From NCBI GenBank assembly GCA_046048075.1, contig JBJOGU010000107.1, positions 1-41,250 of the forward strand: 41,250 bases of DNA. The letters are read 5' to 3'. Position numbers and translations under genes: made by a program. Source of the DNA: Pseudomonadota bacterium (GTDB taxonomy: Bacteria > Pseudomonadota > Gammaproteobacteria > Burkholderiales > Burkholderiaceae_A). The notes beneath the pieces are model-generated. The model saw nothing but the letters and a program-made list of their open reading frames with translations. It was not told the DNA's origin and did not search any database. Each line of letters opens with the position of its first letter. Positions within the stretch are counted from its first letter, which is position 1. This document shows, piece by piece, positions 30,308-40,687 of this stretch.

Positions 30308-31246
30308 CTAATTGGCAGAGGAGGCAGAGGAATTCGCTTTGTCACCCTTGTGGGAGAGGCTGTAAACATAGGCCGAGACGATATGCGACTTCTCGGGGCC
30401 AAGGATTTGCTCCCAGGCGGGCATGACGCCATTGCGCCCTTTGTTGATTGTCTCCGAGATGCTGGCCAATGAACCCCCATAGAGCCAGACCTTGTCGCGC
30501 AGGTTGGGAGCACCCATGAGGGGATTGCCCTCTCCATTGGCACCGTGGCAGGCTGCACAAGCCGCAAATTTTGTCTGACCGATCTTGGCCTTGTTGTCGT
30601 CGTGCGCGCTTCCAGAGAGACTTAGCACATAGTGGGCCACAGCCTCGACATCTTCGGGGCCACCAACTGCAGCGGCCATGGGAGGCATCATGCCCATCCG
30701 ACCAGCAAGCACCGAGGTCTTGATGGCTTGGCCATCAAGTCCGTAGAGACTGTCTTGGTCGGTCAGGTTGGGAAAGCCCTTACCACCCCTGGCATCGGTG
30801 CCATGGCATTGGGCGCAATTATTAAGAAAAAGCCGTTGGCCAATCGCCAGGGCTGCGGTGTCCTTGGCAGTCTCTTCCACGGACAGTGCCGCGTATTTCG
30901 CATAGATGGGACCGTAGGTCTCGTCGGCCCGTTTCATCTCCTTGGCATGCTCACCGGTGGATGACCATCCGAGGCTGCCTTGAACATTCCCCAATCCTGG
31001 ATAAAGCACCAGATAGAGAATCGAGAAGACAATGGTGAGATAGAAGAGAATCATCCACCAGCGTGGCAATGGGTTATCAAACTCTTGGAGGTCTTCGTCC
31101 CAGACATGCCCAGTGGTGTCTACCGACTCTCCAGCCTTCACCTTTTTCCGCGATAAAAGGTAGAGAAATACGCCACAAGCAAGAATGCTAATGGCAGTAA
31201 GGATGATGACGAAGTAATTCCAGAAACCATTGGTGAAGTCGGCCAT
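30308..31246 (-). CDS. ccoP: cbb3 oxidase subunit III (diheme c)
   Basis: TTGHVWDEDLQEFDNPLPRWW, CAQCH and CAACH heme motifs, GRNGVMPAW. Confidence 0.96.
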   Translation of the reverse strand: MADFTNGFWNYFVIILTAISILACGVFLYLLSRKKVKAGESVDTTGHVWDEDLQEFDNPLPRWWMILFYLTIVFSILYLVLYPGLGNVQGSLGWSSTGEHAKEMKRADETYGPIYAKYAALSVEETAKDTAALAIGQRLFLNNCAQCHGTDARGGKGFPNLTDQDSLYGLDGQAIKTSVLAGRMGMMPPMAAAVGGPEDVEAVAHYVLSLSGSAHDDNKAKIGQTKFAACAACHGANGEGNPLMGAPNLRDKVWLYGGSLASISETINKGRNGVMPAWEQILGPEKSHIVSAYVYSLSHKGDKANSSASSAN

Positions 31247-31247
31247 A

Positions 31248-31421
31248 TCAGTCTCTATCGTTTGTATGTTTGGTTTGTTGCTCGGTCAGGTTGTCGTCCT
31301 CGAGCGGAATGCGCGAGGCCTCCTCCATGGCGGAGCGTTGGCCCTTGCTGTAGGTCACGGCAATGATGCCGACAAAGATCACAAAGAATAAGACGGTCAG
31401 TGCGGTATGGAGCTCAGACAT
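31248..31421 (-). CDS. ccoQ: cbb3 oxidase subunit CcoQ
   Basis: Single TM followed by EEASRIPLEDD, between ccoO and ccoP. ATG 31421 chosen (alternative TTG 31430). Confidence 0.85.
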   Translation of the reverse strand: MSELHTALTVLFFVIFVGIIAVTYSKGQRSAMEEASRIPLEDDNLTEQQTKHTNDRD

Positions 31422-31433
31422 GTTCTGCAATCC

Positions 31434-32051
31434 CTAGGATCTCTTGTCCTTCAATGCAAGACCAAGCGATTGAAGGTAAGCAATGATCGCCTCCATTTCG
31501 GTCTTGCCTTCTATCTCTTCGGGCGCCTTCGCAATCTCTTCGTCGGTGTAAGGAACCCCAAGGGTGCGCAGTGTCTTCATGTGGCCTTGAAGGTTCGGGC
31601 TCTTCACTGGAGCATCGGCCAGCCAAGGGTAGGAAGGCATATTGGACTCCGGCACAACATCACGCGGATTAATCAGATGCACGCGATGCCACTCGTCGGA
31701 ATAGCGCCCACCCACTCGGGCCAGATCGGGCCCCGTTCGCTTTGAGCCCCAGAGGAATGGGCGATCCCAGACGGATTCGCCGGCGACTGAATAGTGGCCG
31801 TAGCGCTCCGTTTCTGCGCGAAAGGGCCGAATCATCTGAGAGTGGCAGCCCACGCAGCCTTCGCGAACAAAAAGCTCACGGCCGGCCAACTGAAGCGCGG
31901 TGTATGGCTTCAACCCTTGGACCGGCTCGGTGGTGGATTTCTGAAAGAAGAGTGGGGCAATCTCGACCAGTCCGCCGACTGCGACCACCAGCAGGACCAT
32001 AACGATCAAGAGGGTGGGTCGTTTTTCAATCGCGTCATGTTGAAAACTCAT
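31434..32051 (-). CDS. ccoO: cbb3 oxidase subunit II (monoheme c)
   Basis: [43 protein letters not shown]. Confidence 0.96.
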   Translation of the reverse strand: MSFQHDAIEKRPTLLIVMVLLVVAVGGLVEIAPLFFQKSTTEPVQGLKPYTALQLAGRELFVREGCVGCHSQMIRPFRAETERYGHYSVAGESVWDRPFLWGSKRTGPDLARVGGRYSDEWHRVHLINPRDVVPESNMPSYPWLADAPVKSPNLQGHMKTLRTLGVPYTDEEIAKAPEEIEGKTEMEAIIAYLQSLGLALKDKRS

Positions 32052-32080
32052 GGTTTATTCCTCTGAGAAACGTGGCGTCG

Positions 32081-33550
32081 TTAGGCGTGGGCCACTGCTG
32101 GAATGGCCGCGTTGACCGGTTGGGGGTTGCGTGCGGTCATGAACACGTTCCAAGCCATGATCAGCATTCCGCTGATGTAGAGCAGCCCTCCACCGAGTCG
32201 AATGACGTAGTAGGGAAAACTCGCCTTCACGCCCTCGACAAACGTGTACGTTAGGGATCCATCCGCGTTGAGTGCTCGCCACATGAGGCCCTGCATAACG
32301 CCGGAGATCCACATGGCCGCGATATAGAGCACGATGCCGATGGTCGCGATCCAGAAGTGAAGCTCCACCGCCTTGGTGCTGTACATGCTGGTTCGCCCAA
32401 CCAACCGAGGTATGAGGTAGTAAAGCGCACCAATTGAGATAAAGCCGACCCAGCCCAGGGCACCCGAATGAACATGACCAATCGTCCAGTCGGTGTAATG
32501 AGAGAGTGCATTGACTGTTTTGATTGCCATCATCGGCCCCTCGAAGGTCGACATCCCATAGAACGAGATGGAGACGATCAGGAACTTCAGAATCGGATCA
32601 TTGCGGAGTTTGTGCCATGCACCCGACATGGTCATGATGCCGTTGATCATTCCACCCCATGATGGCGCAAGCAGAATGAGTGAGAAGACCATCCCCAGGG
32701 ATTGGGTCCAGTCGGGGAGTGCCGTGTAGTGGAGGTGGTGCGGTCCCGCCCACATGTAGGTGAAGATGAGCGCCCAGAAGTGCACGATGGAGAGTCGGTA
32801 GGAGTAGACGGGACGCTCGGCCTGCTTGGGAATGAAGTAGTACATCATTCCTAGAAAGCCGGCGGTCAGGAAGAAGCCCACCGCGTTGTGGCCGTACCAC
32901 CACTGCACCATCGCATCCTGGACCCCGCCGAAGACTGGAACGGCCCCGGTGAGGCTATACGGAATCGCCGCACTCCGAACAACATGGAGCAGTGCGACCG
33001 TGAGAATGAACGCCCCGTAGAACCAGTTCGCCACGTAGATGTGCTCAATGCGACGCGTCATCAGGGTTCCGAAGAAGACGACTGCGTAGGCGATCCAGAC
33101 GACGGCCAAGAGGAGGTCGATGGGCCAGATCAGTTCCGCGTACTCGTGGGTGCTGGTGAGGCCCATTGGCAAAGTGATGGCCGCCAAGACAATGACTGCC
33201 TGATAACCGTAGGCAACGAAGGTGGACAGCCCACCACCGAAAAGACGTGTATGACAGGTGCGCTGGACCACATAGAACGATGTGGCGAGCAGGGCGTTGC
33301 CACCAAAGGCAAAGATGACGGCGTTGGTATGCAATGGCCGCAGGCGACCATAAGAAAGCCAGGAAATGCCCTCTGCGAGGGTTGGGAAAGCGAGTTGAGC
33401 AGCGATCCATACGCCCACCGTCATTCCAACGATTCCCCAGAAGACTGTGGCATAGGCAAGGAATCGAATCACGTCGTAGTTGTAGGCGTCGGCCTGACCT
33501 GAATGCCCTGTGCCGACTGGACTCCCGAATGCGTCGAGGACTGCTGCCAT
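32081..33550 (-). CDS. ccoN: cbb3 oxidase catalytic subunit I
   Basis: [42 protein letters not shown]. All metal-ligand His present. GGGAG SD. Confidence 0.97.
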   Translation of the reverse strand: MAAVLDAFGSPVGTGHSGQADAYNYDVIRFLAYATVFWGIVGMTVGVWIAAQLAFPTLAEGISWLSYGRLRPLHTNAVIFAFGGNALLATSFYVVQRTCHTRLFGGGLSTFVAYGYQAVIVLAAITLPMGLTSTHEYAELIWPIDLLLAVVWIAYAVVFFGTLMTRRIEHIYVANWFYGAFILTVALLHVVRSAAIPYSLTGAVPVFGGVQDAMVQWWYGHNAVGFFLTAGFLGMMYYFIPKQAERPVYSYRLSIVHFWALIFTYMWAGPHHLHYTALPDWTQSLGMVFSLILLAPSWGGMINGIMTMSGAWHKLRNDPILKFLIVSISFYGMSTFEGPMMAIKTVNALSHYTDWTIGHVHSGALGWVGFISIGALYYLIPRLVGRTSMYSTKAVELHFWIATIGIVLYIAAMWISGVMQGLMWRALNADGSLTYTFVEGVKASFPYYVIRLGGGLLYISGMLIMAWNVFMTARNPQPVNAAIPAVAHA

Positions 33551-33570
33551 TGAATTCTCCCGATGGGTCT

Positions 33571-33596
33571 TATATATGCGTCAGTACGCATATATA
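33571..33596. repeat. Perfect inverted repeat upstream of ccoN (operator-like)
   Basis: TATATATGCGT-CAGT-ACGCATATATA, 11-bp arms, ending 20 nt before the ccoN ATG. Confidence 0.85.
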
Positions 33597-33703
33597 CCCT
33601 AATTTGAGTGGTGGCAGGGAAAACCCGACTAATTGGCTCGGATGGTTTGGACGGTTCGCGGGCGGGTTGACATCGCCTCTTGACGCCATTGAATGGCTTT
33701 GCT

Positions 33704-33724
33704 AAGCGACTCCTCGAGTCGCTT
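33704..33724. other. Hairpin directly after the ccoS stop
   Basis: AAGCGACTC-CTC-GAGTCGCTT, 9-bp stem. No U-tract beyond the stem on the coding (minus) strand. Confidence 0.55.
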
Positions 33725-33970
33725 TCAGGCGCCGTTGGGCGGGCCGTGCGGGCCCTTTGAAGTGGTCACCAAGTCTGCCTCCGCTGGCGCTGGCTGGGCC
33801 TTCGAGGAACTCTCGAAAGAGGTTTCGCCCCGATCGTCGTCAAGAATGATGCGTCGGGCCGGGGTCTCCATGTCCTCAAATTGTCCGGTTTGAGACATCC
33901 GAAAAAAGAGCCAAATCACCAGTGCGATGACCACCAGGCTGATGCCGATGAGGAGAGAGAGAACACTCAT
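33725..33970 (-). CDS. ccoS: cbb3 assembly protein CcoS (FixS)
   Basis: N-terminal TM then GQFEDMETPARRIILDDD. ATGA-coupled to ccoI. Confidence 0.9.
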   Translation of the reverse strand: MSVLSLLIGISLVVIALVIWLFFRMSQTGQFEDMETPARRIILDDDRGETSFESSSKAQPAPAEADLVTTSKGPHGPPNGA

Positions 33971-36402
33971 CGCAGAAGCCTAGCAGCGTTGCCCATGACA
34001 AGCAGCGATGAGAGGGCCATTCCCAATGCGGCCCAGATCGGGGGAATGAAGCCGGCAGCGGCCATGGGCATCGCCAGGACGTTGTATCCGATCGCCCAGC
34101 CAATGTTCTGTCGTAGGACTCGTCTCGTTCGACGGGCCATCGAGATTGTCGTCACGACGCTACCCAATCCCTGAGAGAGTAGATAGATAGATGCGCGCTG
34201 CTGCGCAAGCGGTGCGCTATTGGTCATTGCGAAAGAGACATCGGCCTGGGCCATCACCGGCGCATCGTTAAGACCGTCTCCCACCATGCCCACCGGGCCA
34301 TCCTTCTGGATGGCATCGATGGCCTTGAGCTTGCCCTGAGGGCTGAGTTCTCCGAGGCAGTCCGCGCTTGAAAGGCCCAAGAGCTCACCAACTCGATGAA
34401 CCCGCTCGTTCTTGTCTCCACTCAGAATCGAGACGCGTATGCCCAGTGACCGAAGCGCGAGCAATGTGGATTGCGCGTCTTCCCGAAGGAGGTCCTCGAC
34501 CCAGAAGAACCCCACAGGCTTCGAGTCACACGACATGGCGACAGAAGGGTGCGATACACCCATCGGAAGATTCGATGGATCAATGCCGCAGAATGACATC
34601 GATCCCATTCGCCAGGTTCGCCCCGCTTGGTCTTGCAGCTCGACCCCCTTGCCGGCGAACTGCGCTCTGGGCGGATGGACTTCATCGCTCAACTTGGCGT
34701 GTTGCATGGCCTCGCGCAACAGCGTCTGCGCAATGGGATGCCGATTGGCTTTTGTGAGCGCAATCACCATGGACCAGAGGTTCGGTGCCATGGGATGCTC
34801 GTTAGCGTGGACCCAAAGAGAGCGCACCGAGGCTTTGGTCGGGTCGGTCAGAGTCCCGGTCTTGTCAAAGGCCATCCGTTGCAGAAGCCAGCATGTCTGC
34901 AGGGCATCGGGCTTCGATATAGCGATTCCGTGCTCCAGTAGGCGCGCAAGCGTTGCCGAGTAGGCCGCCGGGCCGGCCAGAGACAAGGCGCAGGGGCATG
35001 AAACAACAAGGATGGCGACCAAGCGTGGCAACCAGACCTCAATCGGCTCTTGATTGCCAAGCCCCCAGGCTGTGGAGGCCGCGGCCACGAGGAGGACCAT
35101 CAGGGTGAACTTGGCCGCAATGCGATCCGCCCAAATGGTCCACTCAGGACGTTGTGCTGCTGCCTCCTCGGCCAGCTGGGAGAGCTTGGCGAGCGTGCCC
35201 TCGCCCGGTTCGGAAGTCACTCGTGCATGGACATCCACCCCCAGGTTGACGGCGCCCTCTGGGCAGGCCCGTCCGGGCGCGAACCATTGCGGCACCTGCT
35301 CGCCGGTGAGCATTGCCAGATCGAGGTCGGTGCCTGTCTCACCCAGTTCTGCATCCGCGGGAAATCGTTCGCCCGAGCGCACGAGAATGGTGTCACCTCG
35401 CTTGAGTTGCCAAGGCGGGATCGTCGCATCTGGATTGATACGATGCGCCAAGCATGGGGGCTCTCGAGCGATCTCCTCTCGGCGCCGAACCGTGCGCTGT
35501 CGAATCCGCGATTCGATGTGCCTAGCGCCCAATACAAATGCCATAAACATGGTCACCGATTCGAAATAGACGTGCCGGCTGTCGAGCAAGAGGTTGGCAA
35601 AGCTGCCAATGAATGCCAACCAGAGGCCCAGAACAATGGGCACATCCATGTTGAGCCGTTGCTGACGAAGGGCGAGCCATGCCGACTCCCAGAATGGCTT
35701 GCCGCTGTATAAGAGTGCCGGAAGGGTCAGTAGCATAGAGGTCCACCGGAGCAACCCAAGTGTCTCGGGGTCGATCTCACCCGCTGCGACATACTCCGGC
35801 ATAGCGAGCATCATTACTTGTGCTGCGACAAAACCGGCGACGAAGAGTCGACGCGTTGCATCCTTTTCTGCGGCCAGTCGAGCGGATTCCAGAGCCGTCG
35901 ACCCGATGGGCAAGGCCGCATAACCGAACTGCAACAAACGTTGCCCCAATGTTCCCAATTGGGTCTTGCTGGAGTCCCACTTAACGAATAGGCGGGCGGT
36001 GCTGGCGTTGGCCTTGGCAACCTCAACACCATGCGTCTGGGCAAGGATTCGCTCTATGAGCCATGCGCAGGCACCGCAGCGCAGTCCCTCAATGGCCAGT
36101 GTGGTCTGCAAGGACGACGAACAGGATGGGTCATTGGGGCTGGAAGGATTGACCTGTCGCCGCGAAAAGGCTGGGTCCTCGAGGAGTTGGGCCCAATCGG
36201 AGAGGCGCTCGAGACGCGAAGGCTCAAGGGCCGGGACGCTACGTTGCTGGTAATACGCCTCGGCACCCGCCGCGACGATCGCATCGGCCACTGCCTGGCA
36301 GCCCATGCAACACATCGGTTGATCGACACCACCGATCCGACTGAACAGACGTGGACCTGCATCGGGAACCGGCTCGGAACAATGAAAGCAGCGAAGGGTC
36401 AC
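33967..36402 (-). CDS. ccoI: Cu-translocating P1B ATPase CcoI (FixI)
   Basis: N-terminal CFHC...CCMGC, HMA CGAC, TGE, CPC, DKTGT, GDGLNDAP, YN, MALSS. GTG start. Adjacent to ccoS. Confidence 0.92.
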   Translation of the reverse strand: MTLRCFHCSEPVPDAGPRLFSRIGGVDQPMCCMGCQAVADAIVAAGAEAYYQQRSVPALEPSRLERLSDWAQLLEDPAFSRRQVNPSSPNDPSCSSSLQTTLAIEGLRCGACAWLIERILAQTHGVEVAKANASTARLFVKWDSSKTQLGTLGQRLLQFGYAALPIGSTALESARLAAEKDATRRLFVAGFVAAQVMMLAMPEYVAAGEIDPETLGLLRWTSMLLTLPALLYSGKPFWESAWLALRQQRLNMDVPIVLGLWLAFIGSFANLLLDSRHVYFESVTMFMAFVLGARHIESRIRQRTVRRREEIAREPPCLAHRINPDATIPPWQLKRGDTILVRSGERFPADAELGETGTDLDLAMLTGEQVPQWFAPGRACPEGAVNLGVDVHARVTSEPGEGTLAKLSQLAEEAAAQRPEWTIWADRIAAKFTLMVLLVAAASTAWGLGNQEPIEVWLPRLVAILVVSCPCALSLAGPAAYSATLARLLEHGIAISKPDALQTCWLLQRMAFDKTGTLTDPTKASVRSLWVHANEHPMAPNLWSMVIALTKANRHPIAQTLLREAMQHAKLSDEVHPPRAQFAGKGVELQDQAGRTWRMGSMSFCGIDPSNLPMGVSHPSVAMSCDSKPVGFFWVEDLLREDAQSTLLALRSLGIRVSILSGDKNERVHRVGELLGLSSADCLGELSPQGKLKAIDAIQKDGPVGMVGDGLNDAPVMAQADVSFAMTNSAPLAQQRASIYLLSQGLGSVVTTISMARRTRRVLRQNIGWAIGYNVLAMPMAAAGFIPPIWAALGMALSSLLVMGNAARLLR

Positions 36403-36405
36403 GGT

Positions 36406-37167
36406 TCACATGGTGATGCAGAAGGCGTCGAGCCACTTGACCTCGATCAACTCGAATGCTCGCAACAGACCCCAGACCCCAAAGCCAATGATTGCGATGC
36501 CAATGCCAACCCGAACACGATCAGACTGCATCGAGCGAAGAAGTCGCCCCGAGGCGGTAGAGACAGTCCATAGTGCCGGGATGGTGCCAAGTCCAAAGGC
36601 CAGCATCCAGAGAGCCCCTGTGCCTGGGCTGCCGGTCACCGATGCGGTGATGAGCATGCTGTAGACCAATCCGCAGGGCAGCCATCCCCAGAGTGCGCCG
36701 GCCTTCAAGGCGGTTGAGCATTTTGAAATCAACGGGCGCGGAGGGTGAATCAAGCCCTCCGCTTGCGGTGTGAGGCTGCGTTGCGCGAGTGGGGCCACCC
36801 ATCGCCAGATCGGTTGGCCGAGGGCCTCGAGCCATAGGATCCAGCTTGACCATCGCGTGAGGTGCAACCCAAGGCCGATGAGAAGAAGATTGGCGACGAC
36901 CATCCCCAGTCGGCGAAGCAGATCCATACCGAGACCCTGGAGGAAATAAGCGCCAAAGCCGCCAGCGATCAAGCCCATCAGGCTGTAACTCAGCACCCGG
37001 CCCAATTGCCATGAGAGCAACTCGATGCCTTGGCGAACCGGCGCCTGAAGACTGAGACGACTCTGATGACCCGCCGCCATAGCAAGCCCACCACACATGG
37101 CGACACAGTGGCCCGAGGACCAGAGCCCAATGAGCAGGGCTGTCCAGGGGAATGCCAGTGTGCCCAT
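36406..37167 (-). CDS. DsbD_2 / TauE-SafE-like membrane protein associated with cco clusters
   Basis: GHCVAMCGG, QLGRVLSY, GWLPCGLVY, MLAFGLGTIP. Multi-TM. Confidence 0.85.
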   Translation of the reverse strand: MGTLAFPWTALLIGLWSSGHCVAMCGGLAMAAGHQSRLSLQAPVRQGIELLSWQLGRVLSYSLMGLIAGGFGAYFLQGLGMDLLRRLGMVVANLLLIGLGLHLTRWSSWILWLEALGQPIWRWVAPLAQRSLTPQAEGLIHPPRPLISKCSTALKAGALWGWLPCGLVYSMLITASVTGSPGTGALWMLAFGLGTIPALWTVSTASGRLLRSMQSDRVRVGIGIAIIGFGVWGLLRAFELIEVKWLDAFCITM

Positions 37168-37971
37168 TCAAACCCTGGCGATCACCGGTGCGTGGTCCGA
37201 TGGCTTTTCAAGGGCCCTTGGGGCGGTGTCGACGTCGGCCGCCTCGAGGGAGGCCGCGAGATTCGAGGTAACAAGCAGGTGGTCAATGCGCAGGCCGTGA
37301 TTGCGTCGAAATCCTGCTGCTCTGTAGTCCCACCATGTGAAGAGTTTCTCCGTGTGAGGTTGGGCCGCCCGCAAGCCATCCACGAGCCCGAGCGCGATGA
37401 GTCGATTAAAGGCAGCTCTCTCCTGGCTTGAGCAGAGAATCTTCTCGTGCCAGGCGGCTGGATCGTAGACGTCTGCATCGGCTGGCGCAATATTGAAGTC
37501 GCCGACCAAGGCCAGGTGAGGGTGCTGCTGGAGCTCCTCTTCCAAACGTGCGCTGAGTGCCTCGAGCCACTTGAGCTTGTAGGTGAACTTCTCCGAGCCC
37601 ACCTCGGAACCATTGGGCACATAGACGCAAACGAATCGCAGAGGCTCCCCATCGATGGGATGTGCGGTGAGGGCGAGAAAACGCTTTTGGTCATCGGGAA
37701 ACCGAGGGTCGCCGTGGCTGGGATCTGCAATGGATTGGAAACGGTCACGTCGCGCAAGAATGGCGACCCCGTTGTAGGTGGGCTGCCCGTTGAAATAGGG
37801 CTCGTACCCGGCCCCGCGTATCGCCTCGATCGGAAAGAGGTCGTCGGTGACCTTGGTTTCCTGAAGGCCAACGAGATCGGGTCGCTTCGAGGACAACCAA
37901 TCCAGAAGATGTGGGAGTCGAACCCGCAAGGAGTTGACGTTCCAGCTTGCAAGGCACAAGGGCGTGCTCAT
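37168..37971 (-). CDS. xth: Exodeoxyribonuclease III
   Basis: ASWNVNS, LQETK, YNGVAIL, YVPNG, GDFNIAP, FTWWDYR, GLRIDH, PSDHAPV. ATG 37971 overlaps the queC stop. Confidence 0.95.
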   Translation of the reverse strand: MSTPLCLASWNVNSLRVRLPHLLDWLSSKRPDLVGLQETKVTDDLFPIEAIRGAGYEPYFNGQPTYNGVAILARRDRFQSIADPSHGDPRFPDDQKRFLALTAHPIDGEPLRFVCVYVPNGSEVGSEKFTYKLKWLEALSARLEEELQQHPHLALVGDFNIAPADADVYDPAAWHEKILCSSQERAAFNRLIALGLVDGLRAAQPHTEKLFTWWDYRAAGFRRNHGLRIDHLLVTSNLAASLEAADVDTAPRALEKPSDHAPVIARV

Positions 37972-38627
37972 GCCTCTTCGAGCCCCTTCGCCCGCAGGAG
38001 ACAGGCATCGCATTGGCCGCAGGCATCGCCCGATTCCAAGGGGTCGTAACAACTGAAGGTGAGTTCGATGGGGACACTGAGAGAACGGGCCAGGCGGACG
38101 ATCTCTGCTTTGGTCATGGCGATGAGCGGTGTGAGTATCTGAAGACGGGCTTGAGGTGTTTGAACAAATCGAGACCCGAGATTGGCCATGGACTCAAAGG
38201 CGGCGATGAACTCGGGACGGCAATCCGGATAGCCGCTGTAGTCAAGGGCGTTGACGCCAATGAGCAGGCGGTCCGCTCCAATCACCTCCGCCAATGCGAG
38301 GGCGTAGCTGAGAAAGATTGTGTTTCGGGCGGGCACGTAGGTAATTGGGATCCCTTGCCCGATCTCGCCGATGGTGCGGTGTTTGGGGACTTCAATGTCG
38401 TCTGTGAGGGCCGAGCCGCCAATGGCCCGCAGGTCAATACCAAGGACTCGGTGGCTCATCGCGCCGAGCGCTGTCGCAATGGCTCTCGCCGCTTTGAGTT
38501 CCTGGAGCTGCCGCTGTCCGTAGTCGAAGGATAGGGCGTGGCACTCAAGCCCCTCTCTGACCCCCCATGCGAGACAGGTGGATGAATCGAGGCCTCCGCT
38601 GAGCAGCACGACTGCTCGGTGGGTCAT
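37968..38627 (-). CDS. queC: 7-cyano-7-deazaguanine synthase QueC
   Basis: SGGLDS PP-loop, YVPARNTIFL, DYSGYPDCRPEF, Zn motif SCY...CGQCDAC. Confidence 0.94.
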   Translation of the reverse strand: MTHRAVVLLSGGLDSSTCLAWGVREGLECHALSFDYGQRQLQELKAARAIATALGAMSHRVLGIDLRAIGGSALTDDIEVPKHRTIGEIGQGIPITYVPARNTIFLSYALALAEVIGADRLLIGVNALDYSGYPDCRPEFIAAFESMANLGSRFVQTPQARLQILTPLIAMTKAEIVRLARSLSVPIELTFSCYDPLESGDACGQCDACLLRAKGLEEA

Positions 38628-40687
38628 GCGGCCTCGAGAAGTCCGCTGTGGCGAAGCAAGGGTTCGATGGAGGGGGCCCTCCCACGGAAAGCAATAAAGT
38701 TCTCGATCGCGGTGCGCGAGCCGCCGCGGGAGAGGATCTCGTCGAGGAAGCGGCTTCCCACCTGTGAATAGCCGCTCGCGCCCGCCTCCTCAAAGGCTGC
38801 GTAGGCATCGGCTGACAGGACCTCGGCCCACTTGTAGCTGTAATACCCGGCTGCATAGCCACCCGCGAAAATATGGCCAAAGCTCTGCGCAAACCGATTG
38901 AAACTGGGGGGCTTAATCACCGCGATTTCGCTGCGAACTTCTTCGAGGATTGCCGCGATTTGCTTGCCGATCGATTCCGCACTCTGGTCGACGCCATTGA
39001 GCTCGTGGTGAATGCGGATATCGAAGAGGGCGAACTCGATTTGCCGCAGCGTGAACAATCCGCTTTGGAAATTCTTGGCCGCGGTCATCTTGTCAAAGAG
39101 AGGGCGTGGAAGCGGCTGGCCGGTCTTAATGTGCGAAGTCATTCCAGTGAGGGTCTCCCACTCCCAACAGAAGTTCTCCATGAACTGACTCGGCAGTTCC
39201 ACGGCATCCCACTCCACGCCATTGATTCCAGAGACCTCTAGCTCATCTACCCGTGTCAACAAATGATGAAGGCCGTGGCCAAACTCATGGAAGAGTGTGA
39301 TGACATCGTCGTGGGTCAGGGTGGTGGGGCCATCGACTGGAGTGGCGAAGTTGCAGGTGAGTAGGGCGACCGGCGTCTGGATGCTGCCGCCGATGCGGCG
39401 GCGTCCACGGCTGTCGTCCATCCAGGCACCACCGCGCTTGGTCGAGCGAGCGTAGAGGTCGAGGTAGAGGTGGCCGATGGTCTTGTCCTGAGAGACCACG
39501 GCGAAGGCCTGCACGTCGGGGTGCCAGGCGGGGGAAGGTGACTGAAGTGGCATCGGTCTGATGTCAACGCCAAAGAGACGTTTCACAACGCCGAAGAGGC
39601 CCTTGAGAACATTCGGCAGCGGGAAATACTCTCTCACCTCGTCCTCGGAGAAGTGGTATCGACGCTGCCTGAGTTGCTCGCTCGCAAAGGCGATGTCCCA
39701 GGCTTCGAGTGAGTCGATCCCCAGCTCGGTCTTGGCGAAGATTTTGAGATCTGCCAGATCGCGTTCTGCGCTGCCCCGTGCCTTGGAAGCCAAGTCTCTG
39801 AGGAATGTCGCCACTGCCTGGGGTGTGTCGGCCATCTTTGAGGCCAGTGAACGCTCGGCCGCGGAGGCGAAACCCAACATGCGGGCCTGCTCTTGCCGCA
39901 ATTGAAGGATCTCACCCATCACGGCGGTGTTGTCGTGACTGGGTCCCTCCTCAGCGATCTCCGAAGCACGGGAAGCGTTCTTTCGGTAGATGGCCTCGCG
40001 CAGCGAGCGGTTCTTGGCGAACTGCAGCACAGGAAGAAGGCTGGGCTGTTGAAGAGTAAAGACCCATCCGGACAATGAGCACGATTCCGCCTGCGCCCTT
40101 GCTGCTGCGATGGCATGTTGGGGGAGCCCGTCGAGCTCGGACTCTTCGGTGATGTGGACAATACTCGCATTGGTACTGTCGAGCAGGTTCTCGGAAAACC
40201 GCTGGGAGAGTTGTGCAAGTGCGGCCGACCATTCGGCGAACTGTTTCTGCTGGTCTGAAGGTAATTCCGCACCCCCAAGACGGAAGTCTCGCAGGCTATG
40301 CGCGATGGCCTGCTCGCGGGCTGGGTTCCCACGGACATCGGCGGCCGACTCGAGCCGTTTGATCTTCGCGTAGAGCCGCTGGTCTTGAGAAATAAGCGAC
40401 CAGAGCGCGGTGACGGATTCCAAGCGACTGTTCGTGAGCTCGCGCCACTCGGGGCTGTCCATCACGCCGCCCATATGGTGAACAGCCGACCAGGCTCGGC
40501 TCAGGCGCTCGGTCGCGTTGCCCAATGGTTCCATGACGTCGGCCCAACTGGCAGGTGCTTCGGGCCGGACGACCTGCTCGAGCGCATCCTTGGTCTGTGC
40601 AATGAGCCGGTCAATCTCAGGGCCGAGTGCCTCAGCCTTAAGCAGGTCATAACGGGGCAGCCCTTCGCGTGCCAGAAGTTCGTTCAT
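38624..40687 (-). CDS. prlC: Oligopeptidase A (M3 family)
   Basis: [52 protein letters not shown]. Confidence 0.95.
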   Translation of the reverse strand: MNELLAREGLPRYDLLKAEALGPEIDRLIAQTKDALEQVVRPEAPASWADVMEPLGNATERLSRAWSAVHHMGGVMDSPEWRELTNSRLESVTALWSLISQDQRLYAKIKRLESAADVRGNPAREQAIAHSLRDFRLGGAELPSDQQKQFAEWSAALAQLSQRFSENLLDSTNASIVHITEESELDGLPQHAIAAARAQAESCSLSGWVFTLQQPSLLPVLQFAKNRSLREAIYRKNASRASEIAEEGPSHDNTAVMGEILQLRQEQARMLGFASAAERSLASKMADTPQAVATFLRDLASKARGSAERDLADLKIFAKTELGIDSLEAWDIAFASEQLRQRRYHFSEDEVREYFPLPNVLKGLFGVVKRLFGVDIRPMPLQSPSPAWHPDVQAFAVVSQDKTIGHLYLDLYARSTKRGGAWMDDSRGRRRIGGSIQTPVALLTCNFATPVDGPTTLTHDDVITLFHEFGHGLHHLLTRVDELEVSGINGVEWDAVELPSQFMENFCWEWETLTGMTSHIKTGQPLPRPLFDKMTAAKNFQSGLFTLRQIEFALFDIRIHHELNGVDQSAESIGKQIAAILEEVRSEIAVIKPPSFNRFAQSFGHIFAGGYAAGYYSYKWAEVLSADAYAAFEEAGASGYSQVGSRFLDEILSRGGSRTAIENFIAFRGRAPSIEPLLRHSGLLEAA

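Noticed and set aside
30293-30310. GGGTCTA direct repeat at the ccoP-ccoG junction
   Set aside because: Only two 7-bp copies, one overlapping the ccoP stop; compatible with chance or micro-duplication.
37182-37952. 256-aa alternative-frame ORF inside xth (and 404-1195 inside the fumarase)
   Set aside because: Same-strand out-of-frame ORFs rich in S/P/R, typical of non-coding frames in GC-rich DNA.
37168-38627. queC next to a nuclease as a possible 7-deazaguanine DNA-modification or QatC/CBASS-type defence module
   Set aside because: QueC is canonical in length and motifs, Xth is an ordinary ExoIII, and no dpdA, TatD, ATPase or cyclase genes are present.
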